Shown piece after piece: positions 48,884 through 61,120 of a stretch of 64,000 nucleotides of DNA; within the stretch, counting starts at the first letter, position 1; each line of letters starts with the position of its first letter. The position numbers were made by a program, and so were the translations under genes. A model generated the notes under the pieces. The model did not search any database. It had not been told where the DNA came from and worked only from the letters and a program-made list of their open reading frames with translations. The stretch covers positions 8,928,001 through 8,992,000 of the forward strand of contig NC_073401.1 in assembly GCF_028641065.1 (NCBI RefSeq), written 5' to 3'. Origin of the DNA: Leucoraja erinacea (taxonomy: Eukaryota).

Positions 48884-50090
48884 TAGTTTATTGTCACCAA
48901 GTGTACCAAGAAACAATTAAAACATTTTTGTTGGTTACTGTCCAGTCAGCAGAAAGACTATACATGATTATAATCAAGCTGTCCACAGTGTGCAGATGCA
49001 GGATAGTGGGAATAACATTTAGTACAAGATTATGTCCTGTGAAGTCAGATTGAAGTCTGACCAAAGTCTGTTGGTTCACATGCTTGATCAATGGTGTTTT
49101 ATCATTAATGTCTTATTATTATTGATGTTTGGTGTTTTCTGAGTCATTCGTAATTGTCACTGTATGTCATGTTGTTACTTGTGGGTGGAGCACCATGGCA
49201 AATTCCTTGTATGTGAATACTTTGCCAATAAACTTACTTACTTACTTACTTAAAGATAGTCCGAGGGTCTCCATTGCGGTAAATGTTAGATCAGAGCTCT
49301 CTTGTTGGTGATAGAATAGTTCAGTTGCCTGATAACAGCTGGGAAGAAACAGTCCCTGTATCTGGAGGTATGCATTTTCATACATCTGTATCTATTGTCT
49401 GATGGCAGAGGGGAGAAGAGAGAGTGCCCAAGGTGAGACTCCTCCTTAATTATGTTGGTGGCCTTACCAAAGCAGCGAGAAGTGTAGATAGAGTCAATGG
49501 AAGGGAGGTTGGTTTGTGTGATGGTCTGGGCTGCGTCCACAATTCTCTGTAATTTTCTGTGGTCTTGCATGAAGTTGTTCCCAAACCATGCTGTGATGCA
49601 TCTCGATAAAATGATTTCCACGGCGCACTGTAGCAGTTGGCGAGAGTTGTTAGGGATATGCCGAGTCTCCTAAGTAGGAAGGAGAAGCGTTGATGTGCTT
49701 TCTTAGCCATTGTTTCGATATGGCTGGTCCAGGTCAAGTTGCTGGTGATATTTACTCAGAGAAACCTGAAGCTCTACTTTGGCACCATCAGTGTATACCA
49801 GGGTATGTGTACAGCTGCACTTCGTGAAGTCAATCACTATCTCCTTTGTCTTGCTGACATTGAGAGAGAGGTTGTTTTCTTGACACCAGATTACGAGGTT
49901 CTCAATCTCTTTCCTGTAATCTGTCTCGTCATTATTAGATATCCAGCCCACTAAAGTGGTGTTGTCTGCCAAATTGTGAATTGTGTACTTTAGATGATGG
50001 TTTGGACTTGGTTGCGCAGTCATGGATGTATGAGGAATAAAGAAGGGGGTTGAAAATGAGTGTGGAGCACCAGTGTTGAAGATTATCGTA
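48884..50090 (-). mobile_element. Rex1/Babar LINE fragment (RT and 3' end)
   Basis: ADNTTLVG...WCQENNLSLNVSKTKEIVIDF; SRCITAWFG; LFSPLPS...RYR motifs. Confidence 0.85.
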
Positions 50091-50837
50091 GAAAATGATT
50101 TGGAAAAAACATAGAATTGATCGTGGCAGAAATTTCTACATATTATAAGCCACAAAGCTAAAAATGTACATTTGGAATGCTATTGTGCTACCCTTGACAG
50201 AAAGCTCATACAGCAGAGATACTTTTCATTATGAATATAACTAAAGAATGTATTGATATGGAGATGGGGCAAGAAATAAGTGAGAGTCTAAGAAATTGAA
50301 TGAATAGATATGGCAGACAAGCACAGCACAAGTTCTGGAATAACTTAGTGGTTCAAATAGCATCTGTGGAGGGAATGGACAGACAACATATCAGGCCGGG
50401 ACCTTCTTGTGAGTCTGAAGAAGGGTTCTGACCTGAAACATCATCTGTCCATTTCCAGACCCACTGAGATGGGTTCAGGGATCCCATTGACCCACCTTGG
50501 TTGCTGTTTTGCTCAGGATTCCAGCATTTTCCGTTTCTTGGGTCTCCATCTGGCAGAAAGGCAGACAAGTTGGAGTTTCAAAAGATTATACATTTTTTAA
50601 ACGATAAAAAATATATATCTTTCAAGCAAGGGGCTCCTTTTGCCACCATGTTAAAAATTATTTATATATATTAAAAAAGTCTGTTAAACATTCTCATCAT
50701 TGCTGTAGTCATTGCAGAGACATGCCACTGGTAAAATGTATGTACAACTTACCAGATAGCAGTGAATTATTGCTGTTATTGTTGATAGTACAAAATGGTT
50801 ATCTCAAAATTAATAATATTACTTTACTTTACCAAAG

Positions 50838-50908
50838 GTTTAAGCTTTCCAGTCTTCAAAGGCATAATGAAGAAAGGCTATAAAGTACCAACTCCAATTC
50901 AGAGAAAG
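50838..50908 (+). CDS. DDX54: DDX54 exon 3 (Q motif)
   Basis: [24 protein letters not shown]; 71 bp, AG/GT. Confidence 0.96.
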
Positions 50909-51724
50909 GTAAACTGCAGTATTGTTAATGTTAAAACTTCATTGCTCCAGAAGTTTCTGATGAAAATTAGCACATAATGAACAGTTATCATTAATGAATA
51001 ACTTCTGTATTCATTACATGGCAATGGCATGTAATAATTATTACCAGCTTTAAAAATAAATGGTCAAGTAACTGGTTAAGAATTTTAAATGCTGTGAGTG
51101 CTACATTAATACAAAATTAGAAACTGTGTCAGGTTTATTATTCATTAGTGAACTTTAACCCTCTCAATGTAAATCCACCTGTCATCATGTAAATTGCACA
51201 TTGCTTATTGTTTCTTCCTCAGTAGAGATGACAAGGCACGCCTCTGTAGCAATCTTGAGCTAGGTGTGCATGAGCAGCATTGGCTAACTGTCTGATAATT
51301 TCAGCATGTTTAAAGTATATATTTTAGTGAAGTATTTCTCCAAACAGGAGATCAGGCCAAAAATGATTCGGCTAATTTTGAAGAATTGTAAACTGTAGAA
51401 GGAAAATAAATTTTGATCTGGGCTTATTAAAAGGTAGATAAACATATTATAAAAAAAGATCTGTTTAATAATCAATATTTTTAAAACGGTTGGCTTTTCA
51501 TCAATAAATTCCAATGCCTCACAGCTCCAGGGGCCGAGGTTTGATACTGATCTTGAGTACTGTCAGCGTGGAGTTTTCCACAGGGTGTTTGTGTTCCCTC
51601 TTGCATCTCAAAGACATGATAAAGTCAAAGTCTATTTTATTTGTCACATGCATCCGAAGGTGTAGTTGCAGATAATGGGTTGATTGGTTGCTATAAATTG
51701 TTTTTTTGAGTAGGTAAAAAAGGA

Positions 51725-52760
51725 AAGATATTAGCATGTATAGCAGATTGGCTAGATGGCAAAAGGCAAAGAGTGGTAATAAAGGGGGCTTTTTCTGGTT
51801 GGCTGCCAGTGACTAGTGGAGTTGTGCTGGAGCTCCTAATGTTCACATTGTATATCAATAATTTGGATGAGGGGATTGAAGGTTTTGTGGCCAAGTTTGT
51901 AGATGATACGAAGAGGAGCAGGTAGTGTAGAGATGCAGGGACTCTGCAGAAGGACTTGGACAGGTTGGGAAACTGGGCAGAGAAGTGGCAGATGGAATAC
52001 AACATAGCAAAGTGTGGAGTCATGAATTTTGGTAGTAGGAATAAAGGCGTAGACTAGTTTCTAAATGGGAAGAGAATTCAGAAATTAGAGGTGCAAAGGA
52101 ACTTGGAAGTGCTGGTGCAGGAATGCCAAAAAGTTAATTTGCAAGTTTAATCTGTACCAAGGAATGCAAATGCATTGCTAGCATTTATTTAGAGAGGACT
52201 AGAATACAAAAACAGGGATGTAATGCTGAGGCTTTATAACATGCTGCTCAGACTGTATTTGGAGTGAGCAATTTTAGGCCCATATCTGAGGAAAGATGCG
52301 CTGGTGCTGGAGAGAGTCCAGAGGAGGTTTACGAGAATTATCACAGGAATGAGTGGGTTAACATATGATGAACTTTTTACGGTGCTGTGCCTCTACCTGC
52401 ATTGAAACTTACCGAATGGTGAAAGGCTTGGATAGAGTAGATGTGGAGAGGATGTTTTCCACTAGGGGGAGAGTCCAGGACCAGAGGTCATAGCCTCAGA
52501 ATAATAGAACCTTCCTTTAGGAAGGAGGTGAAAAATAATTTATTTAGTCAGTGGGTGGTGAATCTGTGCAATTCATTGCCACAGAAGGCTGTGGAGGCCA
52601 TCAATTGATATTTTAAGGCAGAGATAGATTCTTGATTAGTAGTGGTGTCACAGGTTGTGGGGAAAAGGCAGGAGAGTTAGATAAGCCATGATTGAATGGC
52701 GGAGTAGACTTGATGGGCCGAATGGTCTAATTCTATTCCTATCACTTATGAACATGAACG
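51725..52760 (+). mobile_element. CR1 LINE 3' fragment
   Basis: RT-like LFTLYINNLDEG...FVDDTK, LQKDLDRL; CR1 3' UTR GATGGGCCGAATGG. Confidence 0.85.
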
Positions 52761-52863
52761 GGACTGGTGCATTTGTTCTTCTGGAAGTGCTATTATCCTA
52801 ATGGGCCATCTTCTGTGTAATAATGTTTGAATGTTTGAGGTAAAAGCTTGTTTTCTCTTTCAG

Positions 52864-53052
52864 GCAATCCCAGTGATACTGGATGGCAAGGATGTTGTTG
52901 CCATGGCCAGGACGGGCAGCGGTAAAACTGCAGCTTTTCTCATTCCTTTGTTTGAGCAGCTGAAAGTGCATCATTCCCAGACAGGTGCTAGAGCTTTAAT
53001 TCTTACCCCAACGAGAGAGCTTGCATTACAAACCATGAAGTTCACAAAAGAG
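52864..53052 (+). CDS. DDX54: DDX54 exon 4 (motifs I, Ia)
   Basis: [16 protein letters not shown]; 189 bp, AG/GT. Confidence 0.97.
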
Positions 53053-53559
53053 GTAAGATCTTTCCTTTCAATTTATTTTTTCAAAATATACGTACATTTA
53101 TATTTATTGGACAATATAACAAGCACTGAAGTTTTCTATTTATGTTATTCCTAAATAGTTTGTTACATTATTGCAATAGAAAACGACACATGTTTTGTTT
53201 CTATTTTTATACATCTTTTTCAAAAGCATTTCGAAATTCTTTCACATCCAAAGCTCTTAAAGTATTTAAGATTACTCTGGAAGCTGCTGCTGAGGTGAAA
53301 TGATGCCTAATATTTTTTCGGTTAATGAGGCCACAAAGTCCAGGGTTCTTCCCAGACAAATAAAACACAAATGTTCAAGTTGTGGTGATGTCTATGGATT
53401 GCATATCTTGGACTATTTATTTAAATACTACTTAACAGAGCCCCCTGTTAATTGATTATGTTTTATTCCAAGAATGAATAATAAATATGCCATATTTTCA
53501 TATGAAATTAAGTTTAAAATCTTCCTGCCCATAATTTTCATCATTACTTGATTTTGTAG

Positions 53560-53609
53560 CTTGGGAAGTTTGCTGGCTTCAAAACAGCTTTAATCTTGGG
53601 CGGAGATAA
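53560..53609 (+). CDS. DDX54: DDX54 exon 5
   Basis: LGKFAGFKTALILGGD; 50 bp; TAG|...|GTGAGT. Confidence 0.95.
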
Positions 53610-53713
53610 GTGAGTAGTTTTTTCAAATGGTAATCTGTAGTCTTTATGGTGCAATTTGTTTGAACCAAGTATCACTAAATATTTAATGTGACATGTATGG
53701 TATTTATTTTTAG

Positions 53714-53755
53714 AATGGAAGATCAGTTTGCAGCACTTCATGAAAATCCTGATAT
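53714..53755 (+). CDS. DDX54: DDX54 exon 6
   Basis: MEDQFAALHENPDI; 42 bp; TAG|...|GTGAGT. Confidence 0.95.
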
Positions 53756-54065
53756 GTGAGTTAACTTTTTCCTTAAATGCACTCTGACATTCTTGGTGTT
53801 GAAGATAATTTCTTGCACTTTTTTTATTCTACCAATTTAAAAACTTTCTGTCAAGCCTACCTCCTAAAATATCTTTGGCATTTTGAATCCTTTTGGAAAA
53901 AATGTTCAGATACTGAAATCCCTTTGATAAACAAGGCTATCAAATTTTATTATTCTTAGAATTGAACAGTTAAAAATGTAGAATAGGTATATATGTCTAT
54001 TTAACCTTTAAATATTTGTTTTTCTATTGCCTATGAAGAAAATTGTTGTTCAAGAGTTTAGCAGT

Positions 54066-54329
54066 TGATTTGATTTTTGATTCAATTTATTGTCATTGTC
54101 AGTGTACAGTACAGAGACAACGAAATGCATTTTTAGCATCTCCCTTGAAAGGGAGACACAGGGCGTCGCGGTGTGCCCGCGCCTGCCGCCGTAACATTCC
54201 ATTACAGGCAAAGGTGGGTGAAGTGTCTTGCCCAAGGACACAACGACAGTATGCACTCCAAGCGGGATTTGAACCGGCTACCTTCCGGTCGCCAGCCGAA
54301 CTCTTAGCCCATTGTGCTATCTGTCGTCC
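54066..54329 (-). mobile_element. tRNA-derived SINE with CORE/Meta-like central domain
   Basis: A box TAGCACAATGG, B box GGTTCAAATCCC, central GTGTCCTTGGGCAAGACACTT, tail GACAATAAA plus (AATCA)n. Confidence 0.8.
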
Positions 54330-55178
54330 TGGAAAGCAGTGTTAATGTTGTGTTGCCTTGGATGGTGGGAAGGGAGTTTGAAGAGGAATGGGGCAGGAGT
54401 AAGTCACCTGACTGTATTCAATTGGTTTTCAGTCGGACGTTTCAGTCCTATTGACATAGTAATTTGGTCTCAGTATTACGTTGCTGAATGTTGGAAAATT
54501 ACTGCTCAAAGGCATAGGCCAATAGATGAGGGAATACTAATTCTCGTGCTCAAATCTAAGATTTATAAATCTGAGGAGATCTCTTGAGCTTTATGATTGG
54601 TAGCTATGGGGGTGTCGTGGGACTCGCCAACTCCTTACATTTGTAGCATTGGAAATATTTTGGTCAGAACAATCTGAGCATTAAGTATAACATGCAAATA
54701 CAAGAAAATTATAGAAACATATGTTGGGTAGTCTGATTTCTTTCTCGTCATTGCTTCAGAATTTGTAGAATATTTATAAACTGAATGAGAGTACAATTTG
54801 GAAAGTCTCTTCAACATCCATTTGTTGAAGTCTCTTAAATCTCCTAAATGCAGTTCTATATAAAGATAAGTACATTATGTTTGATATACACTTCATACAT
54901 CATTTAAACTTGACCCTGGGGATAGAATAGTGAGGCCTTTATTTTAATGCATTGCGTATAATGATCCTGAAGTACAAAAGCGTATGGTGATGTTATCTGC
55001 CACTTCATTTGACAATTTACCTTTGGGATTGTGCTCACTGAGAAGCTTGGCAAGCAATGTACCATTAAGTGGATCAAATGGTGAATTAATGTGTGCATTA
55101 ATTGTTTACACAGATCTGTAATGAGTGTGCGCAGAGTTATAGACTGCACTACCTATATTCTATTTATTCTATTTTCAG

Positions 55179-55274
55179 AATAATTGGCACACCGGGTCGA
55201 TTAATGCATGTGGTTGTGGAAATGAACCTCAAGCTGCATAAAGTGGAATACGTGGTCTTTGATGAAGCTGACAG
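55179..55274 (+). CDS. DDX54: DDX54 exon 7 (motif Ib, DEAD box)
   Basis: [10 protein letters not shown]...YVVFDEADR; 96 bp. Confidence 0.97.
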
Positions 55275-57487
55275 GTAAAAATGATGAGCTATATCCAGTA
55301 CCTATTGTAATTGCTCAGCTTTACAGCTGACTTTGGACTAAATAGTGGAAATTAGTTTTTAAGAAAAATAAAGGACTAACTTTCCAGAATATCCCAACAT
55401 GTTATATTCAATGGAGTACTTTTGATTTGTTGTCGCTCTTGTAATTTGCATGCAAGTTCTTCAGGGACAGCTGTGAGGTAAACAACCGGGTCAAGTTGTA
55501 GATGTAAATTGAGGGACAACTATTGGCTTCGCTGTTTGGAAAACTTTATTCATATGGAGACTTAAGAAGGCAAAGTTGGCCTTGGGTGCATCAGAAAAAT
55601 AACACATTCTAAACTGCAAAACTTTCACAATATTGAATCAAAATGTTGGTGTAGATTGTGGGCTAGAATGGGTACTGAAATTAGAGGTGAAAGTAACCAC
55701 TATAAAATTCAGATAATCTGAATCACCTGAGATATTTTCCAGCCAAGGATTTGATTTGATTCAATTTATTGTCATTGCACTTTTCAGTGCAACAAAATGG
55801 TTTAGCCTGCAGTCATAACATAGAATAAATAACAAACATTCAACACAGTTTAAAGTCCCAAAGTCATTGTCTCTTCCCTCCTTGCTCTCCCTCTGCGCTG
55901 AGGCAATCCAAGCCTCCGATGTTGCGACCCCGCCGGGTGATGGTAAGTAAGTCCCGCGGCTGAATCCGTGCTCCGCAAACGGGCCGGTTCAAACTCCGTG
56001 GCCCGGGGCGGTCGAAGCTGCCGAAGCTGCCGCCCTCCAGTCCAGCGGACGCAGCTGTAGTTGCGGGAGCTCCGGAAACAGAACTCGAGCTCCCGATGAT
56101 GACGTCCACTGGCCTGCGGCCGAGCCTCCGAGGCTCCAAAGTCGGGTCGGAAGTTGGGTCGCCCCGCAACCACAGCCCCGAAGTCGGCCAGCCTCGTGTT
56201 GGTAAGTCCTGGCTGGCTCTGCCTCCGCAGCCTCGAGGTCGGTCGCAGTTGGAGGCCCCCAGCTCCGCGATAGGCCTCAGCGCAGACGGACACGGAGACG
56301 GGGGATACGGCAGGAAAGGTTGCATCCCCCCCGAAGGAAGAGTCAAAAAAACATGTTACCACACACACCCCCCCACACATACACAACTAAATAAACCGAA
56401 ATAAACAGGACAAGAGAAAACAAAAAACAGAAAAGTCAAACGGACTGCAGGCGAGGCGCAGCTGCAAGGCAGCGCCGCCACTTCCAGACTGGAGTGTGCT
56501 TGTGTAGCTCATATCTGAATTTGATACAAATTTCTTGCTATTACATAATTTCTCTGTTTTACAAACTACACCTCAACATTTTAAAGATAATAAAAGATAG
56601 ACTATTATTAATAATAATTTTGTTTTGCATATGTCCATTGTATTGATGAATAATTATGCACACTTGAATTATGTATAAGAAGATTTTTTTAACCTGCAAA
56701 GGGGTATTAATTGCTGGCTTCACTATCCAAATTGCTTATCTTGCATCCCAACCCAGAACATGAGTGCGACTGGCTGCATGTGGACTGTCAGGCATGTTAT
56801 GTACATGTGATTAAATAGTCATTTATTACATTCTACCATCTAACGTCATATTTAAGCACTAACTATTGGTTTTGCTCCTGGTTTTATATTGATAATAGTT
56901 TTTTATCGAATTAAACCAAAAGTCTCGAAAGTTCTGGGAGTACAGGTACATGATTCCCTGAAAGTGGCGAATTAAATGAGACAGGGTAATGAAGAAGGCG
57001 TTTGGCATGCTTGGCTTAATTGGCAAAGATATTTAATTGAAAAGTTGGAACATCATAATGCAGCTGTATAAATTGTTGATGAAAACATCTTTGGAATACT
57101 GTGTGCAGTTCCGCCTGCCCAGCTATAGGAAGGATGTCATTAAGTTTGAAATGGTACAGAAGAGATACACCAGGATATTACCTGGACTTACAGGCCTGAG
57201 CAATGGGGGAGAGATTGGATAGGCCGGGACTTGTTTCTTTGGGGGAGGGGAGGATATGGATATGAAGAGCTTGGAGGGATATGGGCCAAATACAGGCAAA
57301 TGGAACTAGTATGGCTTGCCAAAACTGTCAAAGTAGGCCGAAGGACCTGTTTCCATCGAAGGTAGACACAAAATGCTGGAGTAACTCAGTGGGACAAGCA
57401 GCATCTCTGGAGAGAAGGAATGGGTAGACAAAAATGCAGGAGAAACTCAGCAGGTGAGGCAGCATCTATGGAGCGAAGGAAATAGGC

Positions 57488-57515
57488 AACGTTTCGGGTC
57501 GAAACCCTTCTTCAG
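57488..57515 (-). ncRNA. Minimal hammerhead ribozyme core (subfamily B)
   Basis: rc reads CTGAAGA-A-GGGT-TTCG-ACCC-GAAAC-GTT. Confidence 0.62.
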
Positions 57516-58925
57516 ACTGAAGGAATGGGTGACATTTTGGGTCGAGACTCTTCTTCAGACCTGATTTTATCTTCTCCCCAAACAGAACTGTCTCGGCAGA
57601 CCCATTTCTGCTTGTTCATGTCATCCACAAAGGACCTGTTTCCATGCTACATAGCTCTATGACACGAGAGGTTTTAAAATTTTAGATTGTCTCCAGTTTT
57701 ATCCTTTTATTTAGTTCTTTTGGTCATCTAGGTTTTTTCCAGTTCAATTCTTGTTCTATGGGAGACCAATAAATTATGTTTTAAACTTGTAAATGTGATT
57801 ATTTCAAGGTTATTCTATGGGATTCAGGGACATGTTATTTTTGCCCTTTGGGAACCCAAGTCATTATCTTGCTTAAAATTGCATATATATAAGCAAGGAG
57901 TGGATTATTAAATTGCTAAGATTGTATTTGTATTTTTTAATTATTCTCTGCGTTACCAGTGTAACCAAAGAGACCATCATTTATTACCCATTTCTAGTTG
58001 ACACTTGAGAAGCTGGTGGTGGACCTTCAATGGCAAGCATTCATCTGATGAGGAAGGTAGTTCCACAGAATCATTTCATTATGCTTGGTGGCTTTCCCAT
58101 GCACTTGCTCCATCCTTCCAAATAATGAGGACTGCGAGTTTAGGAATTGCTTCTGAAGCAACAGTGACAACAATATTTTTGCTTGCATCTTGCAAGTGAG
58201 ATGCAGCGCAGAGATGATACATCAACGGAATGTCTAGAGTGCGGGTTTAAGTTAGCAAATGGGATGTTGAAGTGCTTTGTCCTGGATGCCATTGAGTTTA
58301 GGATGAATGACTCAGTACTGAATTGGCACTGAAGCAGCAAAGAACTCACAAGCTTGTTAATGGTACACTGGTAGAAAAGTATTGCAATGATTTCTTCTAA
58401 GTTATGAATCAGCACAGGAACAGGCCATGATGTGCCAAACATGATACCAGGGTAAGATGCCAGATAGTCTCATCTGCTGCACATTCCCCCATTCTCCGCA
58501 TATCCATGTGCCTTTCTAAAAGCATCTTAAACACCACTATCTGCAGTGCCAGTACATTCCAGGCACCCACTACCCTCTGTAAACAGAAACTCAGCCCATA
58601 ATTTTGCACCTATCACCTTTAGATATGACTTCCAATCTTTGTCATTTGCACAGTAGAAAAAAAGGTTATGACTTTCTACGCTATCTCTGCCTATTCCATT
58701 GAGAAAATTAAAACTGTTGTTCATAGGATTATTACTGCTCTAAGGTTAAATTGAGTAACTGTCCTCACAGTTTGCTTAACATACAGGTATTGATAAATGG
58801 CTCTATTTGTAAATGAACCCGTCAGACTGATCTGACGTACTTGTAAACCAAAAGAGGATGTGGATAATTGAACTATTTGACGCTGGTGCCCAACTGAAAG
58901 CTCCTGTAAATAATTTCCCTTCCAG

Positions 58926-59047
58926 ATTGTTTGAGATGGGATTTGCTGAGCACTTGCAAGAGATTATCCAAAGGTTACCAGAATCCAGACAGACTTTGCT
59001 ATTCTCAGCCACATTGCCCAAGCAATTGGTGGAATTTGCACGTGCTG
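58926..59047 (+). CDS. DDX54: DDX54 exon 8 (motif III)
   Basis: [10 protein letters not shown]...[10 protein letters not shown]; 122 bp. Confidence 0.97.
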
Positions 59048-59106
59048 GTAAGACTTTTAACATATGTGCTTTGCAATTGCAGTGAGTTATAATGTCATGA
59101 CAATGT

Positions 59107-59680
59107 TCAAGTTCAAGTTTATTGGCATGTGTCCCTGATAGGACAATGAAATTCTTGCTTTGCTTCAGCACACAGAACATAATAGGCATTGACTACAAAG
59201 CACATGAATAAATAAACTGATAAAGTGCAAATAACAAATAATGGGTTATTAATGTTCAGAGTTTTGGCCGAGCCAGGTTTAATAGCCTGATAGGCTGTGG
59301 GGAAGTAGCTATTCCTGAACCTGGTCGTTGCAGTCTTCAGGCTCCTGTACCCACCTGAAGGTAGCAGGGAGATGAGTGTGTGGCCAGGATGATGCGGGTC
59401 TTTGATGATACTGCCAGCCTTTTTGAGGCAGCGACTTCGATAAATCCCCTCGATGGAAGGAAGGTCAGAGCCGATGATGGACTGGGCAGTGTTTACTACT
59501 TTTTGTAGTCTCTTCCTCTCCAGGGCGCTCAAGTTGCCGAACCAAACAACTGGTCAGCATGCTCTCTACTGTGCACCTGTAGAGGTTAGAGAGAGTCCTC
59601 CTTGACAAACCGACTCTCCGTAATCTTCTCAGGAAATAGAGGCGCTGATGTGCTTTCTTGATAATTGCATCAGTGTTCTA
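59107..59680 (-). mobile_element. Rex1/Babar LINE 3' fragment
   Basis: RLQKVVNTAQSIIG...DPHHPGHTLISLLPSG motif; tail CAATAAACTTGAACTTGAA. Confidence 0.85.
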
Positions 59681-60049
59681 TTGTCATATAAATGTTGACA
59701 ATATTTAGACAGTTGCAGGAGAATGGACAAGTTATGAGGTAATAGTGCGGCAGCGACCTATGTACAGTAACTGTCTCTGCAGAGAACCTTCTGTTCACAA
59801 AAAAGGCGGAATGACACAATTAAAATAAGTATGGGCTGAGTTTTACAGTATTGTGATGAATACTTACTAAACTAAAATATTAGCTAAAACATAAATAATC
59901 TGAAATATTTGATCATATTTTTGCTCAACAGGATTGAGAAATTTTAACATTTTTAAACAGGAAAGCACTAATATTATGCACAATGCACATTTTTTGGTTT
60001 CTCTCATCATTATGGCTAGCAAATTAGATTGGCCTTGTGCTTAACCAAA

Positions 60050-61120
60050 CATATAACCATATAACAATTACAGCACGGAAACAGGTCATCGCGACCCTTC
60101 TAGTCCGTGCCGAACACGTATTCTCCCCTAGTCCCATATACCTGCGCTCAGACCATAACCCTCCATTCCTTTCCCGTCCATATAACTATCCAATTTATTT
60201 TTAAATTATAAAAACGAACCTGCCTCCACCACCTTCACTGGAAGCTCATTCCACACAGCCACCACTCTCTGAGTAAAGAAGTTCCCCCTCATGTTACCCC
60301 TAAACTTCTGTCCCTTAATTCTCAAGTCATGTCCCCCTTGTTTGAATCTTCTCTACTCTCAGCTTATCCACGTCAACTCTGTCTATCCCTCTCATCATTT
60401 TAAAAACCTCTATCAAGTCCCCCCTTAACCTTCTGCGCTCCAAAGAATAAAGCCCTAACTTGTTCAACCTTTCTCTGTAACTTAGTTGCTGAAACCCAGG
60501 CAACATTCTAGTAAATCTCCTCTGTACTCTCTCTATTTTGTTGACGTCCTTCCTATAATTAGGCGATCAAAATTGTACACCATACTCCAGAATTGGCCTC
60601 ACCAATGCCTTGTACAATTTTAACATTACATCCCAACTTCTATACTCAATGCTCTGATTTATAAAGGCCAGCACACCAAAAGCTTTCTTTACCACCCTAT
60701 CTACATGAGATTCCACTTTCAGGGAACTGTGCACAGTTATTCCCAGATCCCTCTGTTCACCTGCATTCTTCAATTCCCTACCATTTACCATGTACATCCT
60801 ATTTTGATTTGTCCTGCCAAGATGTAGCACCTCACACTTATCAGCATTAAACTCCATCTGCCATCTTTCAGCCCACTCTTCCAACTGGCATAAATCTCTG
60901 TAGACTTTGAAAATCTATTTCAGTATCCACATCCCCACCTATCTGCATACTTACTAATCCAATTTACCACACCATCATCCAGATCATTGATGTACATTAC
61001 AAACAACAGTGGACCCAACACAGATCCCTGTGGCACCCCACTAGTCCCTGGCCTCCAACCTGACAAACAACCATCCACCATTACTCTCTGGCATCTCCCA
61101 TTCAGCCACTGTTGAATCCA
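60050..61120 (-). mobile_element. Young CR1 LINE 3' fragment
   Basis: WAERWQMEFNADKCEVLH...LYKALVRPILEY; CR1 3' UTR. Confidence 0.9.

Noticed and set aside
54255-54329. tRNA-like sequence
   Set aside because: It is the head of a SINE with a central domain and LINE-type tail, not a tRNA gene
59849-59907. Box C/D-like GTGATGA...CTGA in a DDX54 intron
   Set aside because: Short and very AT-rich with no recognisable rRNA/snRNA guide; likely chance
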